Below, piece after piece: positions 1 through 13,512 of a stretch of 64,000 bases of DNA. Position numbers and translations under genes: made by a program. The notes below the pieces were generated by a model. That model did not search any database and had not been told where the DNA came from. It saw only the letters and a program-made list of their open reading frames with translations. Position 1 is the stretch's first letter. The number at the start of each line of letters is the position of its first letter. The stretch lies in the NCBI RefSeq assembly GCF_009914755.1, contig NC_060932.1. One strand, written 5' to 3'. Source of the DNA: the human T2T-CHM13v2.0 reference genome, Homo sapiens.

Positions 1-97
1 CGTGATTTCGTGGGACTTTGATTCTAATGTTTTAATACCACCACTGCTCTGGAATCTAAGGCTAACCTAACTCTTTTAATATCTTTCCTTCTTCTAG

Positions 98-151
98 GAG
101 TGTGTCATGAACAATGTCACCTGTACTCGGATCTATGAAAAAGTAGAATAA
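98..151 (+). CDS. FABP5: Last coding exon (exon 4) of fatty acid-binding protein 5, epidermal: ECVMNNVTCTRIYEKVE*
   Basis: Polypyrimidine tract and acceptor 'atctttccttcttctag' (AG at 96-97), with branch-like CTAAC at 62-71. Translation GAG TGT GTC ATG AAC AAT GTC ACC TGT ACT CGG ATC TAT GAA AAA GTA GAA TAA matches the known FABP5 C-terminus. The upstream intron shows this is the spliced gene, not a processed FABP5 pseudogene. Confidence 0.97.
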   Translation, partial: ECVMNNVTCTRIYEKVE

Positions 152-360
152 AAATTCCATCATCACTTTGGACAGGAGTTAATTAAGAGAATGACCAAGC
201 TCAGTTCAATGAGCAAATCTCCATACTGTTTCTTTCTTTTTTTTTTCATTACTGTGTTCAATTATCTTTATCATAAACATTTTACATGCAGCTATTTCAA
301 AGTGTGTTGGATTAATTAGGATCATCCCTTTGGTTAATAAATAAATGTGTTTGTGCTAAT
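152..360 (+). other. FABP5: FABP5 3' UTR
   Basis: Runs from the stop codon to ~15-20 nt after the AATAAA signals. The cleavage site is approximate. Confidence 0.85.
336..345 (+). terminator. Polyadenylation signal (overlapping AATAAA x2)
   Basis: 'aataaataaa' at 336-345, followed by GT/T-rich 'tgtgtttgtgct'. Confidence 0.9.
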
Positions 361-1135
361 ATATCTTGTATGCATTCTTTAAACCTTACAGGAAATTAGT
401 GATGAGTTTTAATAATTATTAATTGAGTAAAGGTTGGGGCAGTCTTGAGGGTACTATATTGAGATGACACTCTAGCAATTTATATAGATAGCTACTCTTA
501 CAGGAAATACTGTACCAATTATTTAAGCTTGCCCTATACTATTTGAACTTTGTATGAATTCAGGAATCTTGAATTTCTGGCAGAGACCATTCTCAATAAA
601 AGGTGACTACAACATAAACTTTATTATTCAAATTAGAGCAAAGGTTTAATTAACCAGCATTGACTAAAATACTTTTTGTGTGTATTTATATACAAATATA
701 AGTAATACTATGTATGGAATAACCAGAATTCTAGTGAATCTCTGTTTCTCGGTCCCCAACACAAATATCCACAGTTCACATTTGGAGAAGCAGGCTGTTG
801 GCCCTGAGCTAAAGCTTCGCATAAATGATCTTTAGGGCAGACGTTAAAGGGCTGGTACAACTACAACCATTCTGCAAGTAACTAGTTCAAGGACAGGAGG
901 TAGTAGAGCTGGACCGACAACCTATATCTCATCAAGTCTACTCAATGTGTTCAGTCATTCTGCAATGCTGTCTCTTTGCAGCTTGTGCAGATCTTGTCTA
1001 AAGTCCCTACGTATACTAAGTGAGACTTCTGAAACCACCCTCCACGTGCAGAAATGTTAACTGGTAAGCCTATTCTTTTAAGAATTAGCCACAGCTAGCA
1101 GTCAGTGGAGGTTTTCAACTCGCTGATACTCTAGT

Positions 1136-1378
1136 CCTGTCCTGTCCAATACATAGCTATGAGTCACACATGGCTATTGAACCTTTGAAGTGTGACTAGT
1201 CTGAATTGAGACGTACATAGGGGATTTCAAAGGCTTAGTACAAAAAGTAAAATGCCTTATTAATGATTTTTTTGGTATTGATTGCATATTAAAGTAAATA
1301 TATATTTGTAAAGTTAATTTTACCCATTTACTTTTTTAATGTTTCTAGGGAAAATGTAAAAATTGCATGTACTTTCAT
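1136..1378 (+). mobile_element. MER33-like hAT-Charlie DNA element; its 3' terminus appears inverted at ~1578-1600
   Basis: 'ctgtccaatac..agtcacacatggctattgaacctttgaagtgtgactagtctgaattgaga' resembles the recalled MER33 consensus. Confidence 0.75.
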
Positions 1379-1553
1379 TTCAGTCATGCTTATTTCAGTC
1401 TCTATGCTGGGGTTCTTTCATCCACATTTTCCGCTTCTCATAATTATGTATATTTATTGACATTCTCTCTGAACCAAACATGATTATGAGAAGTGGAAAA
1501 TGTGGATGAATGAAGAACCCTAGCATAGAGACTGAAATAAGCATGATTGAAAT
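1377..1553. repeat. Long inverted repeat, arms 1377-1449 and 1478-1553, 28-nt loop
   Basis: Direct comparison: the arms are reverse complements apart from 4 substitutions and one 3-nt indel. Confidence 0.95.
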
Positions 1554-1657
1554 TCACATAGAAAGGAAGTCTAAATCAACACTGTCCAATAAAAAATACG
1601 ACACAAAAATGAAAGTTAGCACGGGACCCATAATATAGTAAAGGCTTAATGTCCCAC

Positions 1658-1868
1658 CAGCACTTCCCAATATAACTTTATGTGACATGGAAATGCTCTT
1701 TAATATCTGCACTGGCCACTAAGGTAGCCACTAGCCGTAAGTGAGTATTGAGCATTTGAAATGTGGTGAGTGCAACTGAGGAACTGAATTTTTAATTTAG
1801 TTTTTATTAACTAAAATGTAAATTTAAGTACCCACATGTAGTTAGTGACTGTTAATTTGGACAGCATG
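1658..1868 (+). mobile_element. MER3 (hAT-Charlie) MITE
   Basis: 'gtagccactagcc..gagcatttgaaatgtggtgagtgcaactgaggaactgaatttttaa..ttggacagca' resembles MER3. Confidence 0.8.
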
Positions 1869-1914
1869 GGATGTTTCCAAAATTGAAATTCTTATGTTTT
1901 AAACTTTCAAACCG

Positions 1915-2790
1915 ATTCCTCTTGCAGTATTCTCCCTCTCAATTCATGGGAATGTCATGTTTCCAGTGTTCAGGCTAAATGTCTAATCTTTGATTATTTC
2001 TTTACCATCTTATATCTAATCAATTAGCAAATTATTTGTTTTACCATCAGAATATACCTAGAATTCAATTGCTTGTCACTTCTTTCACAGATACCACCCT
2101 CATTCAGTCATCACCATCATCTCTCCCCTTCTCTGCCATTTTGCAACTTTATTCTCCCAAAGCTATCATTTTAAAACACAGGTTACAACATGTCACTCCT
2201 CTGTTGAGAACCCTCCACTGGCCTCTTACTTCCCTAGGAGTAGAAGCTAAGATCTTCATAGAGTTTCTATGTGATTTGCCTGTGTCTTCCACCTTCCCAG
2301 TGCCCCCTCCTGATTTCATTTCCTGCCACTGTCCTCTCAAACATTCCCTCAGACCTTGGCCAATGTTGATGCAAATGTGCTTTTGCCTCAGGGCCTTTGC
2401 ACCTGTTTCCTCTGCCTGAAACACTCTTCCCCAAGGAGGCTGCAGCCCACACTTTCTCCACTCCTTAGAGTCTCTTCCCTAAAGGTCACCCTAACAGTGA
2501 GTCATTCCCAGACCACATGATGCATCAGAGCTGCCACTCCTCCCCCACATTCTCAATTCCCCTAAGCTGCTTTATTTTTTCTCATAGTCCTCACCTTTAT
2601 CATCAATTCTAACTATACATTCACTTGTTTTATTTCTTAATTTTTTTGGTTATTATCTGTCTCCCCAATAGAAAGTAAGTCTTATGAAGAAGGGACTTTG
2701 TTTCTAACAGTGCACACACTCTCTAGTATGCAATTAGGGGAGAACCCGACATACAAAAGATGCTCCATACATATTTGTTAAATGAATGAA
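1915..2790 (+). mobile_element. L2 (L2a-like) LINE 3' part
   Basis: Typical L2 3' motifs 'cagggcctttgcacctgtttcctctgcctgaaac' and terminal 'atatttgttaaatgaatgaat'. Confidence 0.85.
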
Positions 2791-3002
2791 TTTGTTAATA
2801 AATTAATGGATTCCTGACATCTATTTAACACATTTTTATATTATTTAAGACCCATCATGATATTGCTTCAATTGACTTTATTTATTAAAACCATATTTCT
2901 TACCTTTATGCAAACCATTCAACTTTAATCAGGTCTTTTACCCCAGAATAGTGCGCTTGATGACTGTGGGAAAAGTATGTTTGAAATAGGAAGTAAGGAA
3001 TT

Positions 3003-3518
3003 CAGCCGTGCTTCCAAACTGGCATGTCATGGCACCCTGGCCTACCAAAAAATAGGCTACCCAGTTTTGATCGATGTATACAATTTATTTTACTGCAGCC
3101 AAGCACTCTGCTAACAGGCAATGCCTGTCAAGCAGAACTGGACCTGAGGTGTTTGTGGAACATGGTGAAGATTAATATGATTTGCTAGAAGAAAGACAGT
3201 TTAACACAAGTCAACCTCTCACTAAAGAAAAATATACAGGAGAAAGATGACAACTTTTGTATTATGTCCTTGAGCACCATGAGGGCATCAACTGTTCTCG
3301 ACAAGTGAAGTCCAAGTGCCTGCGGATGAATGGTTGTAGTGAATTGCCACTGTAAGATCTTTGCAGGCAAAATGAGGCATTGTTTTATGCTAGTAGTGAT
3401 TATGATGCATCTATTGCTAACATAGTCAATGATTTCTTGAGTCTCAATCTCTTTAACTGTTTTCTCAAAATTCTGGTATTTGAAATTGTGCTATGACCAT
3501 GAAAAGGTTGAGAACCAT
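3003..3518. mobile_element. Old hAT-Charlie-type DNA transposon relic
   Basis: Charlie-like termini 'cagccgtgcttccaaactgg..' and '..aaaaggttgagaaccat'. Confidence 0.45.
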
Positions 3519-4128
3519 CTTTTTGGCACCTAGATTTTGAGGCTGCCAAGTCAACTTGGACTATTACTCAATTCTTGCTGCTTATAAACCAATGATTCTT
3601 AATGTCTGTTCCATTTTGAATTCACTTTTAAGTTCATGAGAATAATTATAGTGTTTCCCTGGGTTTCATGAATTCTCTGTTCTCCTTTTCTAACACTGCC
3701 CTCTTAGAATTCACTGCCATTTGATGGGTCATGGGTGAAGTGAGTTGGTAGAAAGGGCTGATGAAGCCGGTGAACTGGTTTGGAAAGCTGACACATATTC
3801 TGAAATGCTGTGAAAGGCAAAGTGGTATGACTTGCAGCTAGTCACACAGCAACTGGAAAATAATTGGAGTCTTATGATATCTGGTGTGCCAGGCTCTGTC
3901 ACCAGATCATATGTAAACATTTGCTTTTGATCCAGTCTCTCTCCTCCTCCCATTGCCTCCTCCCCTTATACCTCCTTCTCCCATACTGTACGCTTGGAAA
4001 ATGTCTGAAAAGAGAATAATTCTTAAGGAGCGTTTTTTAAAGGTGCTGGCAACACATGGCATGGTGAACAAGATAGAGTAGGGTGAAGGTTCTTTCTGAT
4101 GGAACTGACATTCTAGTGTGAGATGATG

Positions 4129-4518
4129 TGTCTTAGTCTGTCCTGTGCTGCTGTGACAGAATACTTGAGACTGGGTAATTTATAAAGAACAGAAATTTAT
4201 CTGTTATATTTCTCGAGGCTGGGAAGTCGAAAATTGAGGGTCCTGAATCTGGTGAGGGCCTTCTTGATACGTCATCCCAAGACGGAAGGTGGCAGGATGA
4301 GAGAGAGTAAGAGAGCAAGAGGGGGCTGAAGTCACTTTCACAACAAGCCCACTCCTGCGATAACCACCCCACTCCAGAGATAACGACATTAATCCATTCA
4401 TGAAGGCAGAGCCATTGTGACCTAATCAACACTTATTAGGTCCCACCTCCCATCGGTGTTGCATTAGGGATTACATTTCCAGCACATGAACTTTGGCGGA
4501 CACAGTCAAACCATAGCA
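4129..4518 (-). mobile_element. MaLR solo LTR (MSTC/MSTD-like) with 5-bp TSD tgatg
   Basis: Starts 'tgtcttagtctg' and ends 'aaaccatagca'. tgatg at 4124-4128 and 4519-4523. Confidence 0.88.
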
Positions 4519-4619
4519 TGATGGAACATACATGATTCAAACAAATGGCAGGGTGATAAGTGCAGCTAGAAAAATATAAAACCAAGTAGAGTGATAAGGA
4601 GCGAATGGGGTGGAATCTG

Positions 4620-4700
4620 TTAGGTTGGTGCAAAAGTAATTGCAGCTTTTTGTCATTACTTTGAAGTGCAAAAACTGCAATTATGTTTGCACCAACTTAA
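4620..4700. mobile_element. MADE1 mariner-derived MITE (80-bp palindrome)
   Basis: 'ttaggttggtgcaaaagtaattgc...gcaattatgtttgcaccaacttaa' terminal inverted repeats. Confidence 0.9.
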
Positions 4701-7644
4701 TACTTTATATGGGACGGTCAGGGAAGGCCTCTTAGAGAAGGTAGTGTTTGAACTGAGACCTGAATAATGAGAGAAGGTAGGCAAGTGAACATCTGGAGCA
4801 ACAGTGTTCTAGGCAGAGGGACTAGCCGCTGCAGAAGCCCTGAGGTGGAGACCGACTGAACCACAGAGTGACAGAAGATTATTGAAAGAGGAGCAATGTG
4901 GAGCAAGATGCGGTCTGAGATTTAGGTGAGAAGCAGAGTGTGTAAGACCTTGTAGCTCCTAGTGAGGGATTTAGGTTTATCTAAGGACCCAGAGAAACTA
5001 CAGAAGGTGTCAAGGAGGAAGTGAGAGATGACTATTTTAACAAAGATGTTCTATTTTCACTTTTGCAATGAGATACTGATATTTGGAATAACTTACCAAA
5101 GACACTGAAAATATTGGACAAAAAAAAATTTTTTAATTGCCTTAAAGTGACAATGAGCTGACAAAATCATGAGGAATTATGTGGCCTATTTCTGGGAATC
5201 CAGAGAAGCAACCCCAACTGACAGGTGAGTTTTACCCTGGAATATTAATTGCAGGTCTGGGAGACATGGCTGAGAGGCTGAGCTGTGCTTTCGGCAACAT
5301 AGGAAACAATTGGGCCTTTGTCTGATGGTAGCTAGGCTGACTCCATCCTCTACTGTCTTGGAGAAAGTTCTCTGAATGTTGAAAATTGGGTTATAAAGAT
5401 GTTCATCCAAGTGCTTTTACATTAGCAGATGATTGGCAAGCATATAACTTTCTAGAAATAGAAGACCGGTTAAATAATCATAATATAGCCATACAATAAA
5501 ATATTAACTGGAATTAAAACAACAAAAAGACAATAGCTTGGAAAAAAGACTCGTAATTCACTGTAAAGTGGAAAAACCGGATATAAAATATTATGTACAT
5601 ATTATACCATTTGTGTAATATGGGCACATATGTGTAATTAAATACAGAAGAATGTTAACAGTGCCTATCTCTTGGGTTTGAGGTGATGTTTAATTTTTAT
5701 TTGCTTATCTCTCTATAACAAAAATGCAAAAACATTTAAATGCCAATAGCTTTGTTTGTATTTTTAATAATAAATTTATATTAGAAGATGTTTCAGAAAA
5801 GCATAAAGAAGTAAATAAATATCCTTGGAAGTCTCACTTCTATAGAAAATTAATACTAATATTTTGTTATGATGCATTCAAATAATTCTTCATATATTTA
5901 TATGCATAAACATCCAAAACATTTTATACATGGAATCATATAACACAGTATTCTCTTGCAATTATTTGTCTTTTAAACCTGATTTAAATATAGATTCACA
6001 TCCTTTTCTTTAACTTCATAACATTTAATTTTACTTCAACTCTATTATTTCTTTTATCAATTTCCTCTTGATAAATGTTTAAGCTTTGCAAAAAGTTTTG
6101 GAGTTATTAACAGTGGTTTGATAAACATTCTTTTCCATTGATGGAATATAATTATTTAAAATATTTTAAAAATATTTACCCTTTGGTTAGATCCCCTAAA
6201 GCACTCAGCCCATGGTGTGACATAAACCAAGTAATGCCTGCATGCAAACAAAGCTGGCTTCACAAAGTTGCAGAATGTAGTAGGCACCTGGTTAAGGAAA
6301 ATTCTACCCACAAATTATTTTGCCCCCAACGGGCACTTTAACAGGGAACACATTTTTTCCCCCTTTTTACATTAAATATCTGAATGTTGGGGAAGGGGAG
6401 ATGTTTGTTCTAAAGTTAATCCTAATGGTAAAGTTAAAGGTCCAATAATGTGTTTATACTGTAATGGACAGTTTTGCTCTTTCTCATTGCTGAACTTTAT
6501 GCAAGGGCCTGGTGCTTATTTGGGCACAACTCCAGAGGCCTTCATTCTTACTGTCACCGGAGTGCATGGCCCTGCCAGGTCGTGTATAACCTGTGCTATA
6601 CCTGTATGTGTACCTGTGTGTGTAGGCCACTGAGGCCCTGGTATTTGGTTTAGTTTGTTTCTTGCTTTGCTGCTGCTTGGCTTATTGATTCTCTAAAAGA
6701 ATACAAGGGAGAAAAGTCCCAGAGAGATGTTTCAGAGTTTCAGGACAGTAGCAATGAAGACAGTATTCATGCAGAAGTTTACAAAAGTTAGATATAAGAG
6801 AACAAAGACTCCTTTCATCATTTAGACAGAGTTGGTCTGACAAAGGTTTTCAGCAAATCACATCACCAAATATAGAAACTAAACTTGCTGACTCAGTCTA
6901 TTGCACTAACCACTAAACTCAGCTTCCTCCCTTAGCTATACAGGATGGAAACACAGGGGAAAATGCCACCCTTTCTGGAACAGGCAGACTTTTGGAAAAT
7001 GGCCAGTTCTGGAGGCTGACTTATATAGTGCATCATTTTACCAGACACATACCACACCCAGAAACTTTGCAGAAATCATCATGACAGAGATGAGATAATC
7101 TCAATACTTTCTGATTTTATGTGAAGATAATTTACCATGCTCATAGAAGGTTTTATGAGAACTTAAATGTTTTATTCTGAAAATAGTCAGTAATTCCAGA
7201 ATCCCAGAAAATTTAAATCCGTGTCAGTTTGGTATGTTTGGACAGCTGATGGGGAAATTGTGCTGTTTGAATTTCATGTCAATAGGGCATAAAGACACAT
7301 ATTAAAATAAGAAATAAGGCACCACACCAGAATGAGGCAACATAATGTGAATGAAGGCAGTAAGTTCAAAGGATAATTGTATATTAGAGTATTTGCCAAG
7401 GGGAGAGTTGCATTTTCTCTATCATGTCTCTTATTTCATTATACCAGAGCCTGTATACCTGCAGTGATTCTTTTAGGACTTAAGACAAACACTTTATTTA
7501 TTCTAAGAACAAATTGATACACAACTTATATATCACATATAAGAAGTCAGTTGTCTCTTATTGTATTAGTGTTGATCAGTTAGCTGATGAGGTCTTTAAA
7601 TCCTACCCCAATGCCAGCATGTCTGGGATGGATGTCTTGATTGA

Positions 7645-8170
7645 TTGATTCATTCATTCATTCAATTTAGCAAACATGTGTCGAGCCCCTACGATGTGCC
7701 AGTTATTATATAGTGCTAAGGGCTGGGCCTACACAATTGAATAAAGTAAAAGCTCTTACCTTCATAGAGCTTAGAGTCTGGAGGGAGAGAGAGACAATAA
7801 ACAAAAATTGAAATAATAATTATAGATAGATTTAATTGCCATGAGGGGACTAAACATGAAGACTAATAGCAGGAACCAATAGTGGATAGGTTAGGGAAGG
7901 CCTCTCTTGGGGGAAGAAATTTAAGTTGAAACCTGAAGGCAGAAAAGGAGCCTCCAGGGGAGGAGGAACAAGGAAAAGCCTCTCCAGCATGATCGACAAG
8001 GGCAAATGGCCGGAGGTGGACATAACTTGGTGTGGAGCCAGGCAGAACACCTGAGAGAGGGAAGGACTGCACTGGAGACGGTGGGCATTGGCTGTGTCCT
8101 GCAAGGCCCTCGAGTCAGGAAAGCACAGGGATTTCATCTAAGTCTATTGGGAAGTCACCAGACGGTTTAG
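7645..8170 (-). mobile_element. L2 LINE fragment
   Basis: 'attcattcattcaatttagcaaacatgtgtcgagccc', then the L2 antisense body. Confidence 0.75.
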
Positions 8171-8194
8171 TGCCAGACAGAGCCATGGTGAAGG

Positions 8195-8578
8195 GCAGAC
8201 ATTCATATCCCAATCCCTTGAGCCAGATATAATTTGGAATTCAGAATTAATTTTGCATTTTAGAAAGTTAATATAGTGTGTGTATGTATTATATCCACAT
8301 ATTAACCCATATATTATATAATTTTGCCAGAGATGCCTGGGACAATACCATTTAATCAAACATATTAATGTATCTGTAGTGAAATCGTGTGACTACTCAC
8401 ACTAAGTGAGGTGAAGAAAGACTGTACGTGGCCCGCCCATCAGTTCACCTCAGGTTTTGCTGCCAGATGAGTTCAAATCCCATGAGGTTTTGCCACCAAC
8501 TAAGTTATAAAAGAAAAACAAATCAGTTTTTGGAGCTTTTTGTATTTTGGGGTTGGTGGATAAGAGATTGTAGATTTA
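8195..8578. mobile_element. Probable Tigger-type DNA transposon relic
   Basis: Resembles Tigger/MER2-group ends ('ggataagagattgtagattt'). Subfamily not assigned. Confidence 0.4.
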
Positions 8579-9024
8579 TAATTATCCCGCTTTTTTTGCA
8601 ATTATTATGAACAACATTTATTAATACATCAATTCAAGAAATATTTTTGAAGGCCTGTGTATCATGTAGTGTTCTGAATGTCTGGAAGTGTATTAAACAT
8701 GAAAATAATTCATATTTTCTTTAATTTTTTCATTTTAAATGACAAAATTGTACATATTTATGGTGTTCAACACAATGTTTTGGTATATTTAGCCATTGTT
8801 CCTGATACTCACATTTGCTTTTCATAATTAAGGAGATTTATCTGCCTATGATAAAGCATTTGTTGTATTGAATGTGGAGAAAATATTGCACATAAAACCA
8901 ATAGTATATTTTGAATAATTTCTGCTCCAAATAATGATTTGTAATACTGTTTTTACAGTAGTGCCAGATACTGAGGCGAAAACTTTACATGAATAATTCC
9001 ATTAAATTCTAAAAGATGAGATAG

Positions 9025-9505
9025 ATACAAACTCAACACCAAAAAAAATCCAATTAAAAATGGGTAAATTGCTTAATAGATATACATCCTTCAACATGGA
9101 TGAGTTTGGAGGACATTATATTAAGTGAAATAAGGCAGGCGACAGAGAGACAAATGCCACATGTTATCACTCATACATGAGAGCTAAAAAAGTTGAACTC
9201 TTAGAAACATAGAGTTAGAATAGTGGTTATTAGAGGCCGGGTAGGGTCGTGGGAAGCAGGATTAGGGAAAGGTTAGTTAATGGATACAAAATTAGAGCTA
9301 GATAGGAGGATAGTTCCAGTGTTCTATGGCACTGTAGAGTGACTATAATTAATAATTTATTATATATTTTCAAATAGCTAGAAGGGAAGATTTTGAATTT
9401 CCATATGCTAATTACCCTGATTTCATAATTCACATTATATACACATATCAAAATAGTAGACTGTACCTCATAAATATGTATAATTAAGTGTCAATTAAAA
9501 ATAAT
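9025..9505 (+). mobile_element. L1MA 3' end fragment
   Basis: 'acatggatgagtttggaggacattatattaagtgaaataag..' L1M 3' UTR motifs. Confidence 0.8.
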
Positions 9506-9599
9506 AGTAAAAGCCAAAATATGAGGCAGATACAAATATTATTTCCATTTTACAAATCAAAAAACAGAAGCTGAACAGCAATTTGAAGAGGCCTCTGGA

Positions 9600-11060
<1,461 letters not shown>

Positions 11061-11442
11061 CCTTTGAATACGTTTTTATGGTTTATCCCCCTGGCTTTGG
11101 TGTACTTTCAGCAGCCAGCAGCTAAGGCTCTTTGTGGGAAATCTGTCCTTGGACTACTAGAGCCCTTTTTCCCACACATGCAGAAGGCTGAAAGTGACTG
11201 AGAGTTTGTGTTCTTCTTTCTCTGCCAGGGCTGCCTGGTGCAGTGTGGGAATATGAAACCCAGCTCCCTTGCTGAAGATGGGACAACACCAAGGCTGAAC
11301 TCACACTTGAATTCACCCACAGGATGGGGCTGAGCCTGAGATCTCATCCTTCATGGCTTCCTCTCCTTCCTTCTGTTTCAGAGGAATCTGACCTAACTCA
11401 CTTGTTTAGAGTTACAAACAAAATAAATGGTGAGGTCAGGAC

Positions 11443-11553
11443 CTAGGATTGCTGTATTGAGCAAATAAAAATACAGGACTCTTGCATTTTATCTAGCAAT
11501 AAAAATAAAATAAAAAATACAGGATGTCCTGCATCTTATGTCTGGCAACCTTA
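11443..11553. mobile_element. Internally deleted MER53-like relic with partial duplication
   Basis: MER53-type ends 'agcaaataaaaatacagga' and 'tctggcaacc'. The central palindrome is missing. Confidence 0.6.
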
Positions 11554-12267
11554 GTCAGGATACTAATCCAAGTCTGTCTAATTCCAATACCCATGCTGGT
11601 TTTTAAAAAAAATTAATAAATCATTTTGAGTCTGTAAATAACTTCAGTGTCACATTACAAAATACAAAAATACAGTAGTAAAATTGTCAGCCTTCCTACT
11701 ACCCCTGTCCCCAGCCACTCGTCTCCTTTTTAGAGGCAATCATGGTAACCTTTTTCTTATTTATCTTTCTAGCAATATTCTCTGTAAATCCAGGCATAAT
11801 TATATATGCATCTCTGTACCTTGCTTTATTAGTTTAACAACTCCTCTAAGGTAGGTCCTTATCAGACATATGGTGCTGTTTTGTTTTAGAAAATTGCAAA
11901 TATACTTGGGAAAGGCTTAATTAATAGTCTTGTGGATTGTTTTCAGTCTTTTGCTCTTATAGATAACCAAAGTTCAGGCTATGTTGTTTTATTCAATTTA
12001 AAGAGACTCTAAAGTCTAAGTACAAATGGAGATCAAGAATTGAGCTGCTAAGTGCTGCTAACAGCATTGAGGAGAGATGTAGGTTACTTGATGATAAGGC
12101 AGCCGCAAGAGTTCAATGGATGCTATCTGATGTCTGAAATTATTCTGCCCCTCATGAGTACTTATACAGGAATTATTTGAGTAGATATGAATACATGTTT
12201 ATACCTAATCCTTTAGTCTCTTCCTGTAGGAAACTAATAACCATTTACTGATAAAAATATCACTCAC

Positions 12268-12591
<324 letters not shown>

Positions 12592-13217
12592 TCACTATAG
12601 GGGTGGGAATTCATCTACCTAATTTCATCTGGGAGTCAGTGCATTTTCTAAAAGTAAGTGCTCAACAGTGGAGTACCTGCTGCCAAAATCCTCAAAGATA
12701 AGAATGTGTTTTAAAAGGGCTGGCTCTGTGATAAGCAGAAGGGCCTATCCATCAGTAATACTTCTTGCTGGAAAAGCAGCCTCAGAGAAAGTGGAACCGA
12801 TATAAGGCAAGTTCCTGGAATATTGTTTTGCTAATAATGTCTCCAGAAGGGGAGATTCATTACAGAGACAACACAGGGCCCAGTTTGTTCAGGGTCATGA
12901 TGCATGACTGGTTTGGTGGTTATAGGAGGTTGACAAGAGCAAGTAGTCCAGCACAGAGTCAGGCAGAGGCAGTTTAGTTTCTTACTGGCTGAGAAGATGG
13001 TGGGGGAGATGCAGGGATGGGTTTGGTATGCATAAAAGTATTGTTCTGGACTGATATTTATTTGAGGCAACTCTCATTAGGTTAGACATGCTCCCTGCCC
13101 TCAGTAAGTTTACAATGCATTAGACTGACATGGAAACAGATGTTATCTAAACAAACACAAGAATGATTTTGAACAGAATTTATACATTACAGTATAGAAC
13201 ACATGTGATGCATGTAA

Positions 13218-13512
<295 letters not shown>

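Larger units (their letters stand above)
4020..5030 (-). mobile_element. L2 LINE fragment, interrupted by an MST LTR and MADE1
   Basis: 'ggtcagggaaggcctcttagagaaggtagtgtttgaactgagacctgaa' is an antisense L2 motif. Confidence 0.75.

Noticed and set aside
2036-2424. Overlapping 127-aa and 91-aa ORFs
   Set aside because: Entirely within the L2 relic.
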